In this document: piece by piece, positions 15,214 through 27,384 of the stretch
How the letters are laid out: each line of letters opens with the position of its first letter
How positions within the stretch are numbered: the stretch's first letter is position 1
NCBI RefSeq assembly: GCF_009914755.1
Contig: NC_060929.1
DNA: 64,000 nt
Strand: one strand, 5' to 3'
Origin: the human T2T-CHM13v2.0 reference genome, Homo sapiens
Translations under genes and position numbers: made by a program
Notes under the pieces: model-generated
What the model was told of the DNA's origin: nothing
The model's database searches: none
The model's input: the letters and a program-made list of their open reading frames with translations, nothing else

Positions 15214-15308
15214 TAGTATATACGGAGGTATATACGGAAATATACTATATATACGGATATATAGTATATACGTATATACTATACGGAAATATATACGGAG
15301 TATATATT
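15214..15308. repeat. Low-complexity (tatatacgga)n-like expansion inside one satellite monomer
   Basis: Repeated tatatacgga/tatatac units inserted between gtagtatata and tttctgtttc; includes perfect palindrome tatagtatatacgtatatactata (15260-15283). Confidence 0.85.
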
Positions 15309-18300
15309 TCTGTTTCAGTTGAAGCCTATAGTAAAAAAACGAATACTTGCGATAAAAACTAGAAACAAGCTATCTCTCAAAAAGCTTTGTGATTTGTGGA
15401 TTCATCTCACAAAATTGGACCTGTGTTTTGATTCACCTGGTTGGAAACACTCTTTATGTAGTATATGCGAAGTTACATCTCTGAGCCCATAGAAGCCTAT
15501 AGTGAAAAACAGAATATCCTGCAATAAACCTAGAAACAAGCTATCTGTCAAAATGCTTTGTGATGTGTGTATTCTTGTCACAAAATGAAAGCTGCATTTT
15601 CATTCACCAGGTATGAAACACTCTTTATGTAGTATATACGGGGACATTTCTGTCCCCTTTGAAGCCTATAGTGAAAAAACAAATATCCCATGATAAAAAG
15701 TACAAGCAAATGATCTGTGAAAATGCTTTGTGATGTGTGTTTTCATCTCACAGAATGGAACCTGTGTTTTGATTCACGAGGTTGGAAACACTCTTTTTGT
15801 GGAATATATGAATGGACATTTCTGAGCTCATTTAAGTATACAATAAAAACCCAAATATCCCATGATAACAACTAGAAACAAGCTCTTCATAAAAATGCTT
15901 TGTGCTGTGTGGATTCATCTCACAGAATGGAAACTGTGTCACTCTTTTGGTAGAATCTATGAAGTGACATTTCTGAGCCCATTGAGGCATGTAGTAAAAA
16001 ACAGAATATCCTGCGCAAATCTAGAAACAATCTATCTGTGAAAATGTTTTGTGCTGTGTGGATTCATCTCACAGAATGGAAATGGTGTTTTGATTCAGCA
16101 AGTGGGACACACATTTTTTTTTGTACTATATATGAAGGAACATTTCTGTGCCCATTGAAGCCTATAGTGAAAAACCGAATATCCCATGATAAAAACTAGG
16201 ATCAATCTATCTGTGAATATGCTTTGTGATGTGTGGATTTATCTCACAGAATGGAGTGTGTGTTTTGATTCACCAGGTTTGAAAGACTGTTTATGTAGAA
16301 TCTACCAAGGGACATTTTTGAGCCCCATGAGACCGATAGTGAAAACCCAAATATCTCCAAGCAAGCTATCTTTAAAAATTCTTTGTCGTAAGTGGAATCA
16401 TCTCACAGAATGGAACCTGTGTTTTGATGCAACGGGTTTTTTTTATACAATCTACAGAGGCACATTTCTGAGCCCATTGAATCCTATATTGAAAACCGAA
16501 TATCCCACAATAACAACTAGAAACAAGCTATCTGTGAAAATGCTTTGTGATGTGTGGATTCATCTCACAGAATGAAACCTGTGTTTTGATTCACTAGATT
16601 GGAAACACTCTTTTTGTGAATCTAGGAAGGGACATTTCTGAGCCCAATGTGGCCTATAGCAAGAAACCAAATATCCCACGATAAAAAGTGGAAGCAAGCT
16701 ATCTTTGAAAATGCTTTGTCATACGTTAATTCATCTTACAGAATGAAACTTGTGTTTTGATTCACCAGGTAAAAAACAATTTTTTTTGTAGACTCTAAAT
16801 AGGGACATTTCTAAGCCTATTGAAGCCTATAGTGAAGAACCAAATATCACGTGATGAAACCTCAAAACAAACTATCTGTGAAAATGCTATGTGATGTGTG
16901 GATTCAATTCACTGAAGGGAACCTGTGTTTTAATTCACCAGGTTAGAAACACTCTTTCTGTAGAATCTACAAAATGACATTCCTGAGCTCATTGAAGCCT
17001 ACAGTGAGAAACTATATATCCCTTGATGAAACTAGAAACCAACTACCTGTGAAAATGTTTTGTGATGGGTGGATTCATCTCACAGAATGGAATCTGTGTT
17101 TTGATTTACCAGGTAGGAAACACTGTTCTTGCGGAATCTACTAAGGGACATTTCATAGCCCATTGAGGCCTATAGTGAAAACCAAATATCCCGCGATACA
17201 AACTAGAAACAAGCTATCTGTGAAAAATGCTCTGTGCCGTGTGGATTCACCTCACAGGGCTAAACCTATGTTTTCATTTACCAGGTTAGAAACACTTTTT
17301 TTTTATATATAGAATCTACAAATGGACATTTCTGAGCTCATTGAGGTCCATAGTGAAAAACTGAATATCCCACGATAAAAACTAAAACAAGCTATCTAAA
17401 AAAATGCTTTGTGACATGTGAATTCTTCTCACAGAATGGAAACTGTGTTTTTATTCACCAGGTTGGAAACATTCTTTTTGTAGTATATACAAAGGGACAT
17501 TCCTGTTCCCAGTGAAACCTATATTATAAAACCAAATATCCTGTGATTTAAACAGAAACAAGCTATGTGTAAAACTGCTTTGTGATGTGTGAATTCATCT
17601 CACAGAATAGAACCTGTGTTTTGATTCACCTGGTTGGAAACACTCCTTCTGTACTATATGCGAAGGAACATTTCTGAGTCCATTGAAGCCCATAGTGAAA
17701 AACCGATTACCTGTGATAAAAACTAGAAACAAGCTATCTGTGAAAATACTTTGTGATGTGTGAATTTATCTCACAGAATGAAACCTTTGTTTTCACTCAC
17801 AAGGTTGGAAACATTCTGTTTGTAGTATATACGAAGAAACATTCCTGTTCCCGTTGAAGCCTATAATGTAAAACCGATTATGCTGTGATAAAAACTAGAA
17901 ACAATCAATCTGTCAAAATGCTTTGTTCTGTGTGGATTCATCTCACAATGGAACCAGTGTTTTGATTCATCAGGTAGGAAACTATCTTTTTTGTAGAATC
18001 TATGAAGGGACATTTCAGAGCCCATTGAAGCCTACAGTTATAAATCCAATATCCTGCGATAAAAACTGGAAACAAACTATCTGTGAAAATGCTTTGTGAT
18101 GTGTGGATTCATCTCCATGATCAAACCTGTGTTGTGATTTACCAGATTAGAAAAGCTTTTCTTTTAAGATCTACAAAGGGACATTTCTAAGCCCATTGAG
18201 TCCTATAGTGAAAAACATAATATACCATGATAAAAACTAGAAACAAGCTATAGGTGAAAATACTTTGCACTGTGTGGATTCATCTCACAGAATGGAAACT

Positions 18301-19369
18301 GTGTTTTGATTCACCAAGTTGGAAACAATCTTTTTGTAGAATCTACAGAGGGACATTTCTGAGCCCATTATGGCCTATAGTGAAAAACTGAATATCCCAC
18401 GCTAAAAACTAGAAAAAAAACTATCTGTGAAAATGCTTTGTGACAGGTGGATTCATCTAATAGAATGGAAACTGGTTTTGATTCACCAGGTTGGCAACAC
18501 TCCTTTTGTAGAATTTATGAAGGGACATTTCTGAGCCCATTGAAGCCTATATTGAAAACCAAATATCCCCCGGTAAAAACTTGAAACAAGCTATCTGTGA
18601 AAATGCTTTGTGATGTGTGGATTCATATCAGAGAATGGAACCTGTGTTTTCATTCACCAGGTTGGAAACGATCTTTTTTGTGGAATCTAGGAAGGGACAT
18701 TTCTGAGCCCAATGAGGCCTAAAGCCAAAATCCAAATATCCCATGAGAAAAAGTAGAAACAAGTTATCTTTGAAAATGCTTTGTGATGTGTGGATTCATC
18801 TTACAGAATGAAACTTGTGTTTTGATTCCCCCGGTTGGAAACTTTTTTTTTTTTTTTTTGGTAGAATCTACAAAGGAACATTTCTGAGCCTACTGAGGCC
18901 TCTAGTGAAAAATTGAATATCCCATGATAAAAACTAGAAACAAACTATCTGTGAAAATGCTTTGTGATGTGTTGATATAACTCACTAAATGGAACCTGTG
19001 TTTTGATTCACCAGATTGAAAACACTCTTTCTGTAGAATCTAAGAAATGACATTCCTGAGTCCATTGAAGCCTACAGTGCAAAACTGAATATTCTGCCAT
19101 AAAAACTAGAAACAATCTATCACTGAAATTGCTTTATGATGTGTGGATTCATCTCACAGAATGGAACCTGTGTTTCTATTCACCAGGTTGGAAACACTGT
19201 TTCTGTAGAATCTGCAAAGGAACAGTTCTGAGCCCATTGAAGCCCACTAAAATCTAGAAATTTAACGTTCAACATGATAAATATAAATAATAAAATTGTG
19301 CTGTATTTTGGATTCATGCTAACCCAGTAGATTTTACCTTGTTCTGCCACAAAAGCCAAACAAAACAAA

Positions 19370-19510
19370 TTGTATAACTATGCGACATGATGGATTGTTG
19401 ATTTGCTTCTCTATGGTAATCTATGGTACTATCTACCTCTATTTCATGGCATCATGTTGTATATTTTCAATTTTCAATATACATAACAAAATGTATTTTT
19501 AGAAAAAGAG
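19370..19510 (+). mobile_element. Old L1M(A)-type 3' end fragment
   Basis: taactatgcgacatgatggattgttgatttgcttc...catcatgttgtata...aatatacataacaaaatgtattt resembles L1MA-class 3' termini (from memory). Confidence 0.5.
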
Positions 19511-21702
19511 AATCAGCAATAATCACATTTGTGCTACTAGCTCCTGAATATTAAACTTATTATGGTATCCTATTTAAATAAAATTTATAGTTTCTACTTT
19601 TTATGCAATTAAGCTTCTGTCTTAGATGATTTATTTTTAAAACATGAGTAGAATAACCATCTCTACCCATTCTGAATCATAATTGGATATCTCTGTGTAT
19701 ACTTCAATCTCATAGTTTCACTTTTTTTGTCTGTAATAAACATAGTTGTTTTTGAGCTGCTCATTCTGAAGTTTTTCAGATTCATTACTTGGATTTTCTA
19801 GGAAAAAAATAACCCCCCATATTTTAAATACATTTTTAGCTTAAGGTAGAATTTACTGAACCTCATAATTATGTTTAAAGATTAAAACTAGATTTATATT
19901 AGACCACATTTAAAGGTCTCTTTGATATTCTTCAAGCCCAGGAACTGAATTATTTCTTCTTAACTATGCACTGTTAATTTCATTGCAGGGATTAATAAAT
20001 CCTGTCATTACCCATTTATAAACCTGCTATTTTCAGAGTTGCATTTATTGCTTGCCTTTTTTCAAAGTGCCATTTCATAAGAGCAGTTTAACAAATGTTA
20101 AATTTCAAAGACAGATAATAGATAATTACAAACATTTAAATGATGGATGTTAATATGATCTTAATAAAATGTCATGTAAATTAAGGTAATGTCTGCAGAA
20201 GACAGTCATTCTAAACTAATTTTATTGTTACATAACAAATATGTCTCACCTCTTACATTCTACCCAGAGTTGTCTACTCACTATTTAATACACTTTTAAA
20301 ATAAGGGTTAGAGATAACAAAAATGTTCTCATTACTTATCAAAATATTTGAAGCAAGTTATTGAATAAAATGATCTTAAAGAATAGAACAAAAGTTTTAA
20401 ATTAAGAAATGTTTTAAAATAATATTCAATAAGTTGAATAACCTCACAATAACAAAGGTGAAAAAATATTTTCCCCTTTCAATCAATCAGAAAATTCAGC
20501 ATAAAGAAATACAGCAACCTGCCCAAAGTAATGAAATAAGTCTTGTAACCAACTCTTAACTCTCAACACACTAGAAAATTATACTACTAAAAAGTTTTGA
20601 TTAGTTATGTATAAATAGAGCAGTGCTGACATGTAATACAAAGAATGTGCATGAATGTGTCTAAATAGAAGTTTTGTTTAGAATTGGTCATCTACAGTTC
20701 ATGTGTAATTACAATTTGCAAGTTCTCTAAGGTTTACCACTCTACTGTGGGGCCTTTGATGATGCCAACAAAATTTCATTAAAATTCGGATATATGCTCT
20801 ACAGTTAAAATCTAAACTCATATTAACCAAAGGAAATGCACAAAAAATGTGAAAGTATTTAGGTAGACATATTAATAGCTTCACTAATACCCTGTAAAAT
20901 ATTATATCTCAATTCATATTTGACTACATTTTGTATATTGAAAATAAACTTATTTTAGACCTGGAGAAAAAAATGACACTATTAAAGAAAATGAATAAAG
21001 CAATCATGATATTAGATGAGAACACTTGGGTCTTGGGAGAGAAATAAAAAGAGTGAAAGAATCAAAAGATAAATAAGCAGCGCCAAAATCAAATTGTACT
21101 CTGGATGATGTATGAATAGATTTATAACAAAACACAGTGTTGTTTTTCAAATAACTTAATAAATACAAGAAACATTGTGAATGATTGTTCATTGTTATTA
21201 CATAATATTTAAAATATGAAGTACACACTTCTGTAACTTAATATGTCATTTGGATACCTTTTCTCAAGAAGACTCAAATAAATAATTTTATTATGCCTTA
21301 AATATTACCAAGTCAGAATACTCACAGATGGATACTCTGTCCAAATGAGTATTTGTGATTGCGCATTTACACACACATATAATTTGTCATTGGTAATTTT
21401 GTTGCAGAAATTATTGTGAGAAAATAAATTTTAAAAGAAAATACGATTCTATGAATACATTTTATATTTTACCTTTTTCTGGCACATACTGTTGCATCAA
21501 ACTGATTAATTAATGTAATTATGTTAAACTTCTCCAGTTAAAAAAGAGAATATACACTGCAAAGCTGAATGTGTATACTACTTGTTGAATATACTGGTAT
21601 TTAAATATGCACATTTAAAGGACTATTGTGAAAATTAAATGAAGTTTTATTCGAATATCATCAGTTTATTCACACTGAAACTGAGACATTATTAAAAGTC
21701 AG

Positions 21703-21903
21703 CATGTGAAACCTCGTCTCTACTAAAAATACAAAAATTAGCCAGGCGTGGTGGTGGGCGCCTGTAATCTCAGTTAGTCGGGAGGGTGAGGCAGGAGAAT
21801 TGCTTGAACCCGAGAGGTTGAAGGTTGCTGTGAGCCAAGATTGTGCCATTGCACTCTAGCCTGGGCAACAAGAGTGAAACTCCTTCTCAAAAAAAAAAAA
21901 AAA
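21703..21903 (+). mobile_element. 5'-truncated AluS (Sq/Sp-like)
   Basis: gtgaaacctcgtctctactaaaaatac...gccattgcactctagcctgggcaacaagagtgaaactcc + poly-A; TSD aaaagtca (21694-21701 and after tail). Confidence 0.9.
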
Positions 21904-24804
21904 GTCATATAGTTCACCCATTAGTTAAGATTAAATTTAGAACAAAAAAAGTAATTAAAATATGGTTTATTCAATTTTTCTCATTAATTCTGACAATATA
22001 ATAAGACTATCTTGTATTCATAATTATGAAATGGAACACTGTAAACATAGTATCACTATTAGTAAGTGGTATCCAAGGATATAAATGTGCTCCTGGATTA
22101 GGCTGACTTCTTTCTCATTTGATTTTCTAAACCATTTATATCTCTGAATTTTGATTTCTATTTACTTCCAATAAATAGTATGGGTAGATGAACCACACAC
22201 TTCAATTATCGTAAAAAATATTTTTGTTGATCTACAACATTTTAGTTTAAATTCAATTTTAATGTTTCCTGTGTTTAACTGAAAATATATTCAAATTAGT
22301 TTGTTTATTTAAATAGTCTGAAATTTTGATATTCACAAGAGAGCTCTTCATTAAACTAGTTATAGCAAAACATTCACCAAAATTTAAAAAACACTATTTT
22401 AAAAAACATATATTTTTATATTATCATTGAAGGATTATAAAAATAAAAATATAAAAAATTTAAGTAAATATATACCTTGGCAATGAAAATGGCTTATATA
22501 ATGACAGCATTTATGAGAGCCACTAAACAAAAATTAGTAACAAAGTTTTTATTTCTGTTTATATTTTATTTAAATATTTTATTAACTTCTTGTCAACTTA
22601 CTTGACATATGGGTTTGAAAATTTAGGACACGTACACTTTGTACATGAATTCAATGACTAGCTTTTAGTTTGTTTTATTTTGTAAGCCTCAGTGATTTTC
22701 CCCAAAACATATCCTTAGTTCTTCTGCTAACATTTTCACAGGAATAAAGCACAAATAGGGAATATCTGATCACAGAGGATACTATGAATACTGTCACACT
22801 CACACTAGCCACTCATGTCCTCAAACTTAGTACATATTTGTTTTAGAAAAATATTCTCAGGGACCTTCTCAGTAACATCAAGAAAAACGACTTATTGAAA
22901 AGTGGAGATATGAAAGCGTTTGCTACTTCTGTTATAAAAACTCTTTCCTGGCTAGCTGTGTGACACTTATTATAAAGGACCCCTAATCATGGTTCATAGC
23001 TGTTACAGTTTTTTGTTTATTTTCTTATTTAATGTCTTTAAGGAGTTAAATAAGCAATTTTGAAAATAATAATATAATTATTATAGCCTCAACATAAAGG
23101 AAAGGAGCAGTATCAAAGAGCATTTTTTTTGGTCAAACATTATCAGAAAATAATGAATAGAGTTTTTATAAGAATATATGGAGAACATGCTGAATCACTT
23201 ATCATAATCAAACATTAGAAGCTAATTCCAATGTATTTAGGAAATAAGATATTTTTCTTGGCAGGCTAATTGGTAGCATCTAGAATTTATGTGATGGGTG
23301 GAGAATTAGACTTTGGTAAGAATCAAAGTATTGTTGGCATAATTGAAATCCAGGCATAAGAATAATGAACTTAGCTTGTAGCTAATTGTCATCACAAATA
23401 CTCTGACATTGTCCTTGGGAATGTCACTGTTCAAAATAGGCTGCAGATCCCCCCGATCTGTACATGTATGTGGACATGGCCACCGTGGCACTTCTGGAAG
23501 TAATCTTTGATCAATCCTGCAAATTTGTGTGAATCTTTCAAATGTAAAGTCTCAGCACAAAGCATCTTAAACTCAGTGCATAGACCACGTCCACATATTC
23601 TCAAAAAGAAGAGGGGGCACAGGAAGAATATACATCTCATTTTAGGTGTCTGTACAGAAAGCTAGTTACTACCTGCTACCAAAGTCTACTAGTGGTTTTG
23701 CTCCAATATACGGAGATGGTATAAATGCTGGGCCGCTGAAATAGTATCAAAACACACTTCACTGAAGGATTTATTTTTAAGATTGCTTTGATTGTCATGT
23801 TTTATAAGCATTAGACAACTTTTAATTGATTATAAAATAATAGACTTAAGCATAACTAAAACATTAAAAATATAATAGAAAATGTGATTCAGTGTTCCAG
23901 TGTCATGAATCACAGTGAAAGTAACTTATACTCTATCTCCTTTGCTAGTCCTCTATTTAAAAAATCATTCTCAGCAAACTAACACAAGAATGGAATATTA
24001 TAAAGAAAATTTTGCTGATTAATATATAAATTGTAGTTTTAGAAGTGATTTGACCAAATTGTTAAGGAGGAGAATTTCTATATCTCAAATATACTAGGCT
24101 ATGAGTAATAAAAATTAAAAAGAAATATAGGCAGACTGATAAAATTGCAATAAAATTCAAATTTACAAACAATTTATATGAAACCTTTTTTTAGAAACAT
24201 TAAACAGCAATAAGTAAAAAATATGTTTTGTACAGTAAAGTAAAAAAATATATTTTGTACAGGAAATTCACTGATGGGAAAATGACTGTTGAATTTGTTT
24301 AATAATAATGTTAATTATATAAATGTCAAAGAAGAAAAACAAGGAAATAGCATTCTATATCATACACTCAGGAAACTAAGCTGTTAACTGCTTTGGAAAG
24401 TGTTTGTATATATATATATATAATTTTAGATGAGTGTTATAAAAATTATAAACCTCTAACTATACCATAAACGCAACACAAAAATGTCAAATGTGCACAA
24501 GGAATATAAATAAAGGTTTCATGCAACATTATATTTAACAATGACATAAAGTTTGGAAACATTATCGTGTCCACCAAGAGGAAAATATGAAACTTATACA
24601 AAATCAGGGTTCCCATAAAACAGTACACTATAACTAAAATAATAATTTGAGTTATAGGAATAAATATAACAAAATCTCTAAAACCTAATGTTGAATGTAA
24701 AAAAAAAAAGTTGAAACATAAGTCTGCTGCAAAAAATTATGTAAAATTTAGAGATTCACAATAAACTCTAGATATTTCATATGGATACAATTATGTAATT
24801 TAAG

Positions 24805-25368
24805 TACTGGGTATATACCCAAAGGATTATAAATTATTCTATAAAGCCACATGCACATGTATGTTTATTGCAGTACTATTTACAATAGCAAAGACTTGGA
24901 ACCAAACCAAATGCCCATTAATGATAGACTGGATAAAGAAAATGTGGCACATATACACCATGGAATACTATGCAGTCATAAAAAAGGATGAGTTCATGTT
25001 CTTTGCAGGGATATGGATGCGTTCATGTCCTTTGCAGGGACATGGATGAAGCTGGATACCATCATTCTCAGCAAACTAACACAGGAACAGAAAACTAAAT
25101 ACTGTATGTTCTCACTCATAAGTGAGAATTGAACGATGAGAACATATGGACACAGGGAAGGGAACATCAAATACCGGTGCTTATTGGGAGGTGGGGGGCT
25201 ATGGGAGGGATAGCATTAGGACAAATACCTAATGTAGATGACGGGTTGCTGGATGCAGCAAACCACCACGGCACATGTATACCTATGTAACAAACCTGCA
25301 TGTTCTGCACATTTATACATGTATCTGAGAACTTAAAGTATAATACAAAATAAACATTTAAAAAAATA
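24805..25368 (+). mobile_element. L1PA7/8-like 3' end
   Basis: ORF 24861-25049 = L1 ORF2p C-terminus ([30 protein letters not shown]); 3'UTR and A-rich tail; internal 29-bp tandem duplication at 24991-25048. Confidence 0.9.
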
Positions 25369-25374
25369 AGCTGT

Positions 25375-25715
25375 GTTAATTGTATTGTGCTTTCCTTTAC
25401 TGTACTTCACAGATACTATGATTTTTACAAATTGAAGGTTTGTGGCAACCCAGTATGAAATAAGTCTGTGGGTGCCATTTTTCCAACAGCATATATACAC
25501 TTTTTTAGAATTTTTTAGCAATAGAGTATTTTTAATTAAGACAAGTAAATTTTTTAGCACAATGCTATTCCACACTTAATAGAATGCAGTAAACTATAAA
25601 TATAAATATTATATACACTGGAAAACCAAAAAATGTATATGACTCACTTTATTGTGATATTTGCTTTACTGTTATGGTCTGCAACAGTACCCAGAATATC
25701 TCTGAGGTATGTCTA
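25375..25715 (+). mobile_element. Internally deleted Tigger1 (Tc1/pogo DNA transposon)
   Basis: 5' part ttacaaattgaaggtttgtggcaaccc...gccatttttccaacagca and 3' part aatgctattccacacttaatag...aatatctctgaggtatgtct match the two ends of the Tigger1 consensus as I recall it. Confidence 0.8.
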
Positions 25716-25841
25716 AGTACTCAAAACTCTTTCAAAAGAAACCTTACTACAAACAGTGATCTTGTCATGGATAAATTCATAAATGTTTAGGTTTAAAAAC
25801 ATCTAGGAATCAAGACCCTGGCTTTTATAAAGATAGTTTAT

Positions 25842-26096
25842 GTGGGTGGATCTCGAGGTCAGGAGATCGAGACCATCCTGGCATCCTGGCTAACATAGTG
25901 AAACCCTATCTCTACTAAAAATACAAAAAATTAGCCGGGCGTGGTGGCAGGCACCTGTAGTCCCAGCTACTCGGGAGGCTGAGGCAGGAGAATGGCGTGA
26001 ACCTGGAAGGCAGACTTGCAGTCAGCCGATCGCGCCACTGCACTCCAGCCTGGGCGACAGAGAGAGACTCCGTCTCAAAAAAAAAAAAAAAAAAAA
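25842..26096 (+). mobile_element. 5'-truncated AluY
   Basis: gagatcgagaccatcctgg...aatggcgtgaacc...poly-A; TSD gatagtttat (25832-25841 / 26099-26108); 8-bp internal duplication catcctgg. Confidence 0.92.
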
Positions 26097-27029
26097 GGGA
26101 TAGTTTATCTTCTAGAATCATACCTGAAGAGACTTTGGTCAAAGAGTTTCAAAAGCACTCATCTAGTCCAAACTATGGTCATCTCCTCAAGACAAATATG
26201 TGAAGAGAAGATTCACTAAGCTTAAGATAAAGGTATTGGGATTATCACTATCAATATAATTCATCTGTCATTTCTACTACACGCACTTGGACTGTATCCT
26301 ACATATTTTAGCAGTATTTGTAAGTATTGAGCTGTGCATTCTTCAGTGAGAAATCTTATCAAAATTTATGTTTACTTGGATATATAGATATCAACGAAAA
26401 ATATTTTTATATATACCTATTGTTTTTTTAATAATAACATTTAAAGGAAAGTCAAACAAACTTACTACTTAAACAGTATGAACAGTGAGTTATATAGGCT
26501 TGTATTCTTAAAATAAAACCCTAATATGCATATGTAAAAAAGGATTTATTAAGTTCTACAAGGTAAGCATACCATACACAATTGCAGGAAGTGCAGACAT
26601 GTCTCAGAAATACAGAAGTGACAGGAAGTTACTCTTTCCTTTTACATTCTTCTCATGATTTTTATAATTCCATTTTGATCCTCTCTTCCTCTCTCTCAAA
26701 TTGTTGCCTTATCTGTTCATACATATTTATTCATTATTTACTAGTAATCTCTCCATCTTGAGTCTATGGAAACTTGGAGTTCATGTTTTTTAAATGAGGG
26801 ATTAACTCTATTCAAATGTCAGTCAAAAAATTGAGGAAAATGAAGTTATATGATTTTAAATCAGGTGTCCATTTGTGACTGTTGGCCATGATATTGTTGA
26901 GGGCAAATTCTATTAGAAGGCATTTTGCAATCAATGTTTATCTAATATGCTGCCTGGTTAAAATACATAACACCAACCTTTCTCCCCAAATATATACGTT
27001 AACAACATCCCTTAGCATCATAATCTAGC

Positions 27030-27384
27030 CACATTAGTCTGTTTTCACACTGCTAATAAGGATATACCCAAGTAATTTACAAAGGAAGCAGGTTTAATGG
27101 ACTCATAGTTCCACATGGCCGGGGAGGATTCTCAATCATGGTGGAAGGCAAAGGAGGAGCAAAAGCACATTTTACATGGCTGCAGGCAAGAGAGTTTGTG
27201 CAAGGGAACTCCCATTTATGAAACTATCAGAACTCCTGAGAATTATTCTCTATCATGAGAAAAGCATGGAGGAAACTGGCCCTGTGATTCAATTCTCTCC
27301 ACTTGGCCCCATCCTTGACATGGAGGAGGATGGTTATTGCAATTCAAGGTGAGATTTGGGTGGGGACACAGCCAAACCATATCA
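27030..27384 (-). mobile_element. THE1 (ERVL-MaLR) solo LTR
   Basis: Ends gagatttgggtggggacacagccaaaccatatca (reverse complement of THE1 LTR start); approximate 5-bp TSD ctagc/gtagc. Confidence 0.88.

Noticed and set aside
23715-23745. gtataaatgctgggccgc as a TATA-box promoter
   Set aside because: No downstream exon, CpG island or other support; TATA-like words are abundant in this AT-rich DNA.
24801-25721. taagtact at both 24801 and 25714 as a TSD implying L1 3' transduction of the Tigger1 piece
   Set aside because: No poly-A before the second copy; an 8-bp AT-rich match is plausible by chance.
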